From the IMG/VR virus record IMGVR_UViG_3300048858_000099, positions 5,373-69,372 of that record: 64,000 bases of DNA. The stretch is one strand, 5' to 3'. Shown one piece after another: positions 19,274-27,895 of this stretch. Position numbers and translations under genes: made by a program. The first letter of the stretch is position 1, and each line of letters opens with the position of its first letter. Origin of the DNA: a virus (lineage: Duplodnaviria; Caudoviricetes). The notes under the pieces were generated by a model. The model saw only the letters and a program-made list of their open reading frames with translations, did not search any database and was not told the DNA's origin.

Positions 19274-20504
19274 CGGTCACTCCTTCTAGGCGCATGGCAG
19301 TTTGCAGTGCGCGGCGTCGCAAGGCTCCGCTGCGAGCGTGAAGACTGGTCAGTTGTGAGGTAATACGGCTCACCCCGAGGTTGGCGCTTGTGTAGTCAGC
19401 GATCTGTTGGTCTTGTTCTCTGGAGTCACTCAATGGAACCAGCACCGACAGCAGGTTCTTTTGCGATATGTTCCGCATGCTGTCCTTAGTGCCGGTTGCA
19501 AGCCCACTAATTTGTTGACGCACTGACTTGGAAGAGAGCACCGCCTGTAACCATGCTCCATTGACACCCTCGCGTAGCGACAATCGCATGCTCTTGTCGC
19601 TTAGCAGCAAACGAGGACGGGTCTCGCCAACTAGAACAGAGGCTCCTACATATTCTTCTGTGTTCGCGCGGCTGACAAGGAGGTCACCCTCACGGATTTC
19701 AAAACGGGGATCAATCAGGTGGGCGTCGACGAACTTGTTCTCTTCGGGTCGGAAGCTTCCCCACGTCATGGCGCTGACTTTGACGATTCCCCATTCGTTC
19801 TCGGCAGCAGCGCGCGTTGCCTTGCCGAAAGACTTACCAGCGGTGATTGACGAGACGTAATGCGTCAAAGGCACAACGGGGCGTCCTGTCAGAAAGAAGT
19901 TCCCGGAGTAGGCGTGCTGGAGGCGCGCCGCCCTTTCTCGAGCGGTGAGCAGTGCCGCTTCCGCTACTTTAAGGCTGGAAAGTTGGTCGTCCAGGAAGTC
20001 CGAGATGCGCTCCTGGGTGGGAAGTGGCGGCCTGTTGAAGGGCAGTTCCGAGACAGCAGCTTTCCCGATCTGCGGAAGAACTGAGCCGTTGGAAAGACTC
20101 TTGAGATCCAACGCTTCAAACCAGTGCATCAGGTAGCGAGCCGATACGTCGGGGCCAGGGATTACTGCCATGCAGTTCAGGTCGACCGCTCCTGGGACCC
20201 CAAGCCTGCGCTTCTTATTGGTTGCAATGGCGCCCCCCGCTTTTGGGAAGATGATCGCACCCGGTGGAAGCATGCGCAGTGACAGCGCCTTGGCTTCTTG
20301 CTCCGAGACGTACACACGACTGTGGGTCATGGTGGTCGGGTGGGTGTTCATATCGCCCACCTTGAAGAAAGGGATCGTGCGTCCTGTGTCCGGACGCCCC
20401 TCAAGAAACTCAGCCAAGCCCTTAGGTGTCTTGCCCGGAACGATGTCTGCGACTCGCTCCATCGTCGTGTCGTCCCAAACGACGCTCGGGATCGAATCGG
20501 TCAT
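19263..20504 (-). CDS. hsdS: Type I RM specificity subunit S
   Basis: Two TRDs with a PPLPTQERI..LD conserved region; lower GC than its neighbours. Confidence 0.93.
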   Translation of the reverse strand: MTDSIPSVVWDDTTMERVADIVPGKTPKGLAEFLEGRPDTGRTIPFFKVGDMNTHPTTMTHSRVYVSEQEAKALSLRMLPPGAIIFPKAGGAIATNKKRRLGVPGAVDLNCMAVIPGPDVSARYLMHWFEALDLKSLSNGSVLPQIGKAAVSELPFNRPPLPTQERISDFLDDQLSSLKVAEAALLTARERAARLQHAYSGNFFLTGRPVVPLTHYVSSITAGKSFGKATRAAAENEWGIVKVSAMTWGSFRPEENKFVDAHLIDPRFEIREGDLLVSRANTEEYVGASVLVGETRPRLLLSDKSMRLSLREGVNGAWLQAVLSSKSVRQQISGLATGTKDSMRNISQKNLLSVLVPLSDSREQDQQIADYTSANLGVSRITSQLTSLHARSGALRRRALQTAMRLEGVTDER

Positions 20505-23263
20505 GCCGTCAGCCTGTCGTTCAGTTCGTCGATGAGGGCAATGGTCCGGTCGCCCAGGTCCCGTTCAAGCCCAGCGATACCACCTCGTTCACTGAAGGGT
20601 GCAACGTCGAGGGCGTCTTCCGATAGTCCTGCCGATGACGCGATCACTTCGGCCATCCGGTCCAGCCACCATCGTTCGTCCTCGTTGAACACCACGCCCG
20701 CCTGTTCCTGCTGTGTCAGCCACGCCGTGTACCGTTCGCGGACTGTCTCCGCGTAGGGCACCAGCTCCACGTCGACGCCCATCGTGTACCGAAGCAGGGC
20801 GACGAGGTCAGTCAGGGTGTGCGCCTTGCTCTTGCGGACCTTGCCGGCGTCAACCGCCTCGTACGCCGCCCACAGCAGCTCGGGAGTCCAGGAGTGCGGA
20901 GGCCGAGCGATCCGGTCCGCCAGCTCCTTGATGTCGTCGAAGGAGACGCGACGTTCCTTGGCCTCCTGCAAGACCTGAATCGCGGTGATCTCGTCTCGGT
21001 GCTCATCAAGATAGGTGCGCCATGAGTCCACGATCGACTTCGCTCGGTCGGTGTCGACGACTCCGTAGGCGTCGACGAGCTCGTCCTTGCTCACCTCGTC
21101 GATGACGCGGTCCTTCGCCTGGCGCATCTCGAGGATGCGGTTGCGGAAGTCTGGGTTCGAGGCGAGGGGCTGCGTGGCGTTGACGATGAGGTCGCGCACC
21201 GCCTTGTCCGGATCGGCCGCTGTGGCCTTCACCTGGGCCTGCAGATCCGGGTCCACCGCGTCGACCAGGCCGCGAACGATGTCCTTCACGGGTCCACCCG
21301 CCACGCCGTCCAATTCATCGCGCTCGGCTGGCGTCAGTTGCAGCTCAAGAGCAGCCAGCCGGGAGGCGAGCGTGGCCGCTTCAGACTCGTTGAGCGTCAG
21401 CGTGGCAGCCTTGCCAAGCAACTTCTGCAGTGAGATCGACTTCTCGCGGTTCAGCGGTGGCTCGACGAACGCGTGGTCGGTGACTCCGATGGCGTCGACC
21501 AGCACGAAGCGCGTCTTGGCCTTGGCGTCGGGGGTGACGAGCTGGAAGTCCGACGGGTCGATCGTGCGGGCGCCGCGGCCCTTCATCTGCTCGAAGTACT
21601 GAGCAGAGCGGACGTCGCGCATGAAGATCAGGCACTCAAGCGGCTTCACGTCGGTGCCGGTGGCGATCATGTCCACGGTGACGGCGACACGGAGCGTTGA
21701 GGACGTCCGGAAGGACTGCAGCGCCTTCTTCGGGTCCTTTGCGTTGTAGGTGATCTTCGCGGCGAAGTCGTTGCCCTTGCCGAAGACCTGGCGGACGGTC
21801 GTCACCACCTCTTCGGCGTGTGCGTCGTCCTTGCAGAAGATGAGCGTCTTAGGGACCGTCGATCGCCCCGGGAAGATGTCCGTGAACACCTTGTCGCGGA
21901 ACGTCTCAAGGACCAGACGAATCTGGGAGGTCGATGTCACAGCTCGGTCGAGCTGGCCGCCCGTGTAGGCGAGGTCGTCCTCAAGCTCTACGAGCTTCTG
22001 CTTCCGCGTACGGCGATCCACGGTCGGCACAACCGTGCCGGCGTCGATCGTCGAGCCCTGCTGGGTGATCTGGGTGACGATCTTGTACAGGTCGAAGTCG
22101 ACGTTCACACCGTCAGCCACAGACTGTGGATAGGTGTACTCCGAGACCAGGTTCTGGCGGAAGAAGCCGAACGTCTGCTTCCCTGGCGTTGCCGTCAGGC
22201 CGACGATGTGGGCATCGAAGTACGAGAGCACGCCCTGCCAGTTCCCGTAAATGGATCGGTGCGCCTCGTCGACGATGATGAGGTCGAACGACTCCGGGGG
22301 AAGCGAGGCGGAGTACTCGACCTCGACGGGCTTTGGCGGGACGTAGTTGTCGAGGTTGGGATCGTCAGCATCGGTGACGGCTTGGCCGCGAAGCATCGAG
22401 TAGACCCGCTGGATGGTCGAGATGACGACGTGCGTCGACCCCAGGGCTCCCGCGCTCGTCAGCTTGTCTGCGTTGTACAGCTCCGTGAAGCGACGTTTGT
22501 CGTCAGGCGCCCGGTAGTTCTGGAACTCGCCCAGCGTCTGGTCGGCCAAGTTGTTCCGGTCCACGAGGAAGAGGACTCGGTGAAAGCCGCCCCACTTCAG
22601 CAGGCGGTAGCAGGACGTGACGGCGGTGTACGTCTTGCCCGCGCCGGTAGCCATCTGGATCAGCGAGCGATCGTGCTGCTGAGCGGCGAGCGACTTCTCG
22701 AGCCCCGTGATCGCCTCGACTTGAGCCGGGCGTAGCGGCTTCACGTCTAGCTCGGGCAGGGCCTGGACCTTGGCCCGCCAGGTGGGGCGATCTGGGTCGT
22801 CGTCCGCGTCACGGAGCGCGCGAGCGAGAGTCGAGGGCGTCGGGAAAGCGAAGATGCGCCGCGATCGCGGGTCCGGGTCGTAGCCGTTGGTGAAGTGCGT
22901 CTCGGTGCCACTGGCCTCGAAGACGAAGGGGATGCGGCCGTCCTTGGTTGTGGCCTTGAGCTGCACGTCCTTGGGCAGCCCCGAGGAGTACATGGCCGAC
23001 TGCCACTCGACGCCGGAGAGTGTGGTCCCCTCGGGCTTGGCCTCGATGACGCCCACGACGTGCTTGTCGACGTACAGGAGGTAGTCGACTCGGCCGTGGC
23101 CGGGCTTCATGATCATCTCGCGGACGGCCTGGCCGGCGCCGTCCCACAGGTTGATGTCCTTGCGATCCTGGACAGCCCACCCGGCCGCGGTGAGTTGAAC
23201 GTCGATCAGGACGCGGGCGCGTTGCTCAGCGGTGAGGTTCGACTGCTGTCCGTGGTCGCTCAT
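20501..23263 (-). CDS. hsdR: Type I RM restriction subunit R
   Basis: DY..Y..VIEAK nuclease motif, MATGAGKT Walker A, IIVDEAHRS, GLTATP, QMKGRGAR; EcoEI-R-like C-terminus. Confidence 0.97.
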   Translation of the reverse strand: MSDHGQQSNLTAEQRARVLIDVQLTAAGWAVQDRKDINLWDGAGQAVREMIMKPGHGRVDYLLYVDKHVVGVIEAKPEGTTLSGVEWQSAMYSSGLPKDVQLKATTKDGRIPFVFEASGTETHFTNGYDPDPRSRRIFAFPTPSTLARALRDADDDPDRPTWRAKVQALPELDVKPLRPAQVEAITGLEKSLAAQQHDRSLIQMATGAGKTYTAVTSCYRLLKWGGFHRVLFLVDRNNLADQTLGEFQNYRAPDDKRRFTELYNADKLTSAGALGSTHVVISTIQRVYSMLRGQAVTDADDPNLDNYVPPKPVEVEYSASLPPESFDLIIVDEAHRSIYGNWQGVLSYFDAHIVGLTATPGKQTFGFFRQNLVSEYTYPQSVADGVNVDFDLYKIVTQITQQGSTIDAGTVVPTVDRRTRKQKLVELEDDLAYTGGQLDRAVTSTSQIRLVLETFRDKVFTDIFPGRSTVPKTLIFCKDDAHAEEVVTTVRQVFGKGNDFAAKITYNAKDPKKALQSFRTSSTLRVAVTVDMIATGTDVKPLECLIFMRDVRSAQYFEQMKGRGARTIDPSDFQLVTPDAKAKTRFVLVDAIGVTDHAFVEPPLNREKSISLQKLLGKAATLTLNESEAATLASRLAALELQLTPAERDELDGVAGGPVKDIVRGLVDAVDPDLQAQVKATAADPDKAVRDLIVNATQPLASNPDFRNRILEMRQAKDRVIDEVSKDELVDAYGVVDTDRAKSIVDSWRTYLDEHRDEITAIQVLQEAKERRVSFDDIKELADRIARPPHSWTPELLWAAYEAVDAGKVRKSKAHTLTDLVALLRYTMGVDVELVPYAETVRERYTAWLTQQEQAGVVFNEDERWWLDRMAEVIASSAGLSEDALDVAPFSERGGIAGLERDLGDRTIALIDELNDRLTA

Positions 23264-23538
23264 GATGGACGGAGAGTACCGATCACCTCGGACACGGAGC
23301 GTGGTGATGAGTGGCGTGACCCTCGAAAGGGGGACGCGGTGCCGAAAGCGAGGGGCTGGCCACGGCCTGCGGCTTCCCCTCCGAGGCCGGGCCAGCTGCA
23401 GCAGTGTCGCACAAGTGTTCGAACGGTGTCACGCTCGTGGAGCGCTGAGCCATACGTCTCAATGTGGTCTCTGGGGCTCGTATGGACTGCTCTGAGGGCT
23501 TAGGTTGTTGCCAGAGGCGTACGACAACATGCGACACA

Positions 23539-23571
23539 GTGCGTCGTGGTGCGACGCACAGCGACATGTCG
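23539..23571. promoter_or_regulatory. Palindromic operator-like sites upstream of the small two-gene unit
   Basis: GTGCGTCG-tggtg-CGACGCAC (23539-23559) and CGACATGTCG (23562-23571). Confidence 0.4.
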
Positions 23572-23612
23572 GACGCCGATGAGAGCGTACGGAGCGAAGG
23601 AGGAGAGACGCC

Positions 23613-23825
23613 ATGACGATTGCCGAACTTGCCGCCCTCCACACCGGAGTGACCGTCGAAGACATCGACCTCGACGAGGTGCGCGACAACCTGGACCATG
23701 TGGCTAAGCGCTACCTGGACATTGACGGTGCCACCTTCCTGGCTCGCCGAGCGGCAGGCGAGTACGACGGCGTCGACACGCCTGCGGTGATGCGCGTCAT
23801 GGACGTCGCAGAGCTGCTCGACTGA
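23613..23825 (+). CDS. Small acidic protein, putative antitoxin
   Basis: 70 aa; strong RBS (AAGGAGGAG); stop lies 12 bp before the 189 aa gene. Confidence 0.6.
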   Translation: MTIAELAALHTGVTVEDIDLDEVRDNLDHVAKRYLDIDGATFLARRAAGEYDGVDTPAVMRVMDVAELLD

Positions 23826-23837
23826 CACCATCTCGGG

Positions 23838-24407
23838 GTGCCAGGCCGAACGCCCGCTGAAGCGGTTACCGCCTTCGTAGAGCCCCTGCAGGCTGCCCTG
23901 GGCTGTCTCGCCATTGGTGCACGCATCAGCTGCAAGCCCAGCCGGAGCCCGAAGCTGGGGTCCGACGCCAAGTGGATCATCAACGCTGGTGGCGGCTTGA
24001 GCTTGCGCAGTGTCGCTGGCGACCGCGATCTCGTCTTCCACGCCTCTATGGAGTGGAAGGTCATCCCGGACACTGGCCCGAAGGGGCCATGCCGCGTGAC
24101 CACGTTGGGCTACAAGTACAGCCTCGACGACGGTGGTGCTGAGCTGTGGGCGATGCACTGGCACCCGCGCGGCTCCTCCCCCGTCCACGAGCCGCACATG
24201 CACCTCGGCTCGGCGATGGCCACGGCCGGCCGACTCATCGACGGTGCGCACCTGCCCGTCCCGCGCCAGTCGTTCGAGGACGCTGTGCGCTGGTGCGTGA
24301 CCTTCGGCGCCAAGCCGGTACGTGACGACTGGGAAGAGCAGCTGAGGCTCGCGGAGCAGCCGCATCTCCTGCACCGCTCTTGGGACAAGACCAGCCCAAT
24401 CGTCTGA
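23838..24407 (+). CDS. Uncharacterised His-motif protein, putative toxin/effector
   Basis: MHWHP..SPVHEPHMHLG..HLPVPRQSFED..DWE; loosely reminiscent of DUF2290/TumE-like proteins. Confidence 0.6.
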   Translation: MPGRTPAEAVTAFVEPLQAALGCLAIGARISCKPSRSPKLGSDAKWIINAGGGLSLRSVAGDRDLVFHASMEWKVIPDTGPKGPCRVTTLGYKYSLDDGGAELWAMHWHPRGSSPVHEPHMHLGSAMATAGRLIDGAHLPVPRQSFEDAVRWCVTFGAKPVRDDWEEQLRLAEQPHLLHRSWDKTSPIV

Positions 24408-24447
24408 ACTGCAGACGCGGGCAGGCGATGATCGCTACGTTGCGCGC

Positions 24448-24954
24448 GTGACACCCGACGAGCTGGCCTGGTCCCGCTTCGAGATGGCCTGGAACCACCT
24501 CAACTCGGAGATCCAGATCATCTGGACGCGCTTCAGCGCCTTTTTGATCATCGAGGCAGCCCTCATTGCCTTCGCCGCTCCTGGAGACGACGACCTCACC
24601 ACAGGCCTCACCTGGGTTCTGAAAGTCGGCGTCTGCCTATTTGGCGTAATCGTTTCCGTGATCTGGTGGGGAGTCACGCACGCAAGCCTGCAGTGGCTTG
24701 AACACTGGAGGTATGTGGCCTACCGCCGAGAACAAGACCTGGATGGCATCACTGATCGAGATCCCACCACCAGGACTGGCGTGCCCGATAATGACCTGAC
24801 TTTTCTGTGGAAGAGTGCGGAGCCGATGACGTCTGATTCCCCTTGGGAGAAGGATTGGCGCCCCACGCGAATTGCGGCTTGGACCCCGCCTTTGCTTGCG
24901 CTGTTGTGGGTGGGCCTCGGCGTGTTTTACGTTCTCGCGCACCGTGCGGTCTGA
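24448..24954 (+). CDS. Multi-TM membrane protein, possibly RipA/SLATT-like pore former
   Basis: E.Q.IWTRFSAFL-TM-TM-W....S..WL..W pattern plus a C-terminal TM. Confidence 0.55.
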   Translation: MTPDELAWSRFEMAWNHLNSEIQIIWTRFSAFLIIEAALIAFAAPGDDDLTTGLTWVLKVGVCLFGVIVSVIWWGVTHASLQWLEHWRYVAYRREQDLDGITDRDPTTRTGVPDNDLTFLWKSAEPMTSDSPWEKDWRPTRIAAWTPPLLALLWVGLGVFYVLAHRAV

Positions 24955-24960
24955 GCCTGC

Positions 24961-26391
24961 ATGACAGATGAGAGCCGCGAGGGCGGCAACCCAACGGCGT
25001 CGGCGGACGCCACGACCAAGAAGCGGCCTCAAGGCCGAATGGCGCTATTGGTCGGTCGACGGCTGGACGATTTGACCGCCTGGGTGAGGAAACGTCTCGC
25101 CCTGGCCATCGTGTTGGCCGTGCTCTTGGGCCTGTCGATCATCTTCCTTGGCGTCTGGAAACTGCCCGAGTGGTTGGTCAATGAAGACCTCTACAACCGC
25201 AGGACACAGCGGGTCGAGATGCAGGAGGCATATAACGCAGCTCGGACGCCGGTTGGAGTTGTGTTGGCCGGGACCCTGGCGGCTGTGGCGGCAGGTCTTG
25301 GTGTGCTTATAAATCACCGAAACGTCGCCCTTGGTCGTGAACAGCTCAAGGAAGCCCAAACTAAAGACGCTAGAGATCGCGAGCAATACCGTGACGACAT
25401 CAAGATCGCCGGGGAGAGGGATCGGCTAGACCGCGAGCAATACCTTGCCGACGTTCTTCGTGCCACGGCGAAGGACCAAGCGGATCGCGAGCAGTGGCGT
25501 GAGGAGCAGTACGCCAAACGCTTTCAGGATGCCGCAAGGATGCTGGGAGACGACAAGGCCGCGGTCCGCTTGGCAGGCGTTTACGCCATGGAGAAAGTAT
25601 CGTTCGATTGGCAAGATCAGCGACAGACATGCGTTGATGTGCTTGCTGCTTACCTTCGCCTCCCTTGGCCATCGGCCCAAATAGCGGAGGAAGTGGGTCT
25701 ACGTCAGACCATCGGGAAGCGGTTGGTCTCCATCTTGGATACGGACAGCGAATCCATGGTGCTCGACCTGACTGGAGCGGAGCTGCGTCGATTCGAAGTG
25801 AGGTACCTGAAGTGTGGCACGCTAAGTCTGGATAACGCACTCTTGGTCGACTCTCACGTTCATTGCATCGCGCGTAGAGGGAGCTTCAGAGGTCTTAAGA
25901 TCGCAGGTGAGACGTTTGTTCAGCTGAACGGTGAGTACGGAACCGCCGACAGTTGGCACGGTCCCTCCGTTCGGCTGCTTTCCGGAAGGGGAACCCTTTA
26001 CTTGCATATTCCCAACGGTCACGAGAAGTTCAACAAAAAACCCGTCTACCTCGGGGGAATAGTTGTTGAGTCCGGAGCTGAGCTGTTGATTACGGTGCAA
26101 GCCGAAGGTGGCAACCCCTTCGAACTCATTTTCCGCGATATTGAGGTTCGGGGGCAATTGCACACAAGCGTGTTTTTCGACGAGCTATCGCCGAGTTCGG
26201 CGAGAATCTCAATGTCGGGGAGTGTTGAAGACTCAGGAACCGTCGGCGTACGCGCGGGGGCTTATGCTGGCACGGGGAATGAAATCCTCTCCGAGGTGAC
26301 TGCGAAACTCAAGAGGGCCGACGGATCGATGTATATACCGGAAGTGGGCAAACAAGCGCGTCTCGTTGACAAGTTCACCTCGCAGCCTTGA
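24961..26391 (+). CDS. Membrane-anchored protein with the actinobacterial pentapeptide-protein-type core and a divergent beta-rich C-terminus
   Basis: Two TMs, then RFQDAARMLGDDKAAVRLAGVYAMEKV..QTCVDVLAAYLR and DLTGAEL. Confidence 0.65.
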   Translation: MTDESREGGNPTASADATTKKRPQGRMALLVGRRLDDLTAWVRKRLALAIVLAVLLGLSIIFLGVWKLPEWLVNEDLYNRRTQRVEMQEAYNAARTPVGVVLAGTLAAVAAGLGVLINHRNVALGREQLKEAQTKDARDREQYRDDIKIAGERDRLDREQYLADVLRATAKDQADREQWREEQYAKRFQDAARMLGDDKAAVRLAGVYAMEKVSFDWQDQRQTCVDVLAAYLRLPWPSAQIAEEVGLRQTIGKRLVSILDTDSESMVLDLTGAELRRFEVRYLKCGTLSLDNALLVDSHVHCIARRGSFRGLKIAGETFVQLNGEYGTADSWHGPSVRLLSGRGTLYLHIPNGHEKFNKKPVYLGGIVVESGAELLITVQAEGGNPFELIFRDIEVRGQLHTSVFFDELSPSSARISMSGSVEDSGTVGVRAGAYAGTGNEILSEVTAKLKRADGSMYIPEVGKQARLVDKFTSQP

Positions 26392-26590
26392 GCGAAGTGG
26401 TGCCGGCGTGTAGAGATCAGTCGAAGACCACTTAGCAAGCGCCCCGTTTGCTCTATCGGCTAGTACTGACTGAGGCGGTCAACTGCGAGCTCGGGCACGT
26501 CTGGATCCGGTTGAGGGATAACCACAACGGGATCGTTCGCTGCATACAGCAACCGATCGCCGAAGTTGCGAAAGCCCCAATCGAGGCTGG

Positions 26591-27892
26591 TCACGATGCC
26601 ACTTTCAATAGCGCCGACGGCAACTCGTTCGAGATGGTTGACGAAAGCGCGCCGACGACGTAGTCCGCGAGCAGTGGCCATGTTGCGTGATACATATCCC
26701 AGGGACTGCGACGCGCTGTAGGTGAAGCGCTGTGCAGATCTAGCTGGCGTTGCGCATGACGCGTTAACCAAGTGTCGGCCGGCACGCTCGATTTAGAGTC
26801 GCCTTGAATGCAGTGCGCGAGGCCATCCAGCGCAACGTAGCAAGCCATCCTGTTGGCGTCGCCGTCATCCCCGCCGGGGTAATAAATGTCAGCGCTTCCC
26901 GCCTTGTAGACCGTGCCGCCTGGAGCCAGTTGAGGCGGGGATGAGAAAAACACATCCGTCATCGATCGGTAAACGAGAGACGCGTTCACTAAGGATGCTG
27001 CTGGAATCTTTCCCGTCGATAGAGCAAACGACAAGCCATTGATCCAGTTCTGGGCGAGGGAAGCGACGTAGTTCGCTGCAATGATGTTGTGGTTGTAGAG
27101 ATATCCACCTAACTCAATGTTAGAGCCGGCTTTGAGGGCCCATCCAGATAGTCCATTATGAGGGCGCTTCGACGTGGGCGTTGCAGGAGTTGCGGTAGCA
27201 GAGATGCAGAATTCGAGACCTTTACGCAACCAAAGCTCCGCATTCGCATGTTCTGGAAACGCACCCGCGGTGAGCGTGAGAACCCACCCGTTCCACGAGT
27301 TCTCTTCAGCCTTGGAGTCTGCAAACGGGAAGAAGAGGACGCGCCCGGAAGGATCTCGATAATATGGCGGGGGGTAAGCAAGGAAGCGATTGGACTCGCT
27401 GACCATCATGTTCTCGACTCGCTGCTGTTGAGCAGTCGACAATTGCGACCACAGCAGGCGCGCGCCACATGCTGCAAACGCGACCCAAAGAGCTCCTTGC
27501 CAGCGGTATGGGAACGACGCTTCGAGCTCAAGCATTGCAGTTGCCGGATCACCCCCCCAATTGCCGCCGTTTGCGACATGCGTCTGAGCGAAGGAATCGA
27601 TCAAACGAACTGCCGTCGCTTGAATCTCCACGGCTGAATATGCCGACACGCCGGGGGTGATCCCGCCAGTGGTTACGAGCACAGCAAAGCTAAAAGCGAT
27701 GCTTGCGGGCGGGCGGAGGTGTTCTTCGGCAACACCGCCAAATGACGCAATTGTGCCCGAGCCAGGATAAGTCGCGTTGACCCATTGCATCTGAGTGTCA
27801 ATGCAGTTTGTGGCTGCCCGTCGTACTAGCTCGCGATTTGCATTCGTTAGTGACCGAGGTGCGATTGAAGAAAAGACTGGATCAAAAGTCAT
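26591..27892 (-). CDS. Hypothetical helical protein, possible (alpha/alpha)-barrel polysaccharide lyase-like
   Basis: 433 aa, Trp/Tyr/Asn/His-rich (WQGALW, DSKAEENSWN, NHNIIAANY); lower GC. Confidence 0.45.
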   Translation of the reverse strand: MTFDPVFSSIAPRSLTNANRELVRRAATNCIDTQMQWVNATYPGSGTIASFGGVAEEHLRPPASIAFSFAVLVTTGGITPGVSAYSAVEIQATAVRLIDSFAQTHVANGGNWGGDPATAMLELEASFPYRWQGALWVAFAACGARLLWSQLSTAQQQRVENMMVSESNRFLAYPPPYYRDPSGRVLFFPFADSKAEENSWNGWVLTLTAGAFPEHANAELWLRKGLEFCISATATPATPTSKRPHNGLSGWALKAGSNIELGGYLYNHNIIAANYVASLAQNWINGLSFALSTGKIPAASLVNASLVYRSMTDVFFSSPPQLAPGGTVYKAGSADIYYPGGDDGDANRMACYVALDGLAHCIQGDSKSSVPADTWLTRHAQRQLDLHSASPTARRSPWDMYHATWPLLADYVVGALSSTISNELPSALLKVAS

Positions 27893-27895
27893 GTG

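Noticed and set aside
17789-23263. PrrC-type anticodon nuclease linked to the type I RM
   Set aside because: hsdR, hsdS and hsdM overlap directly, with no ABC-ATPase/HEPN gene between or beside them.
23320-23365. Hammerhead-like ribozyme (TGATGAG...GAAA, two GAAA loops)
   Set aside because: The core reads GTGATGA rather than CTGATGA and the required stems do not pair; only the CCCTC-GAAA-GGGGG hairpin is solid.
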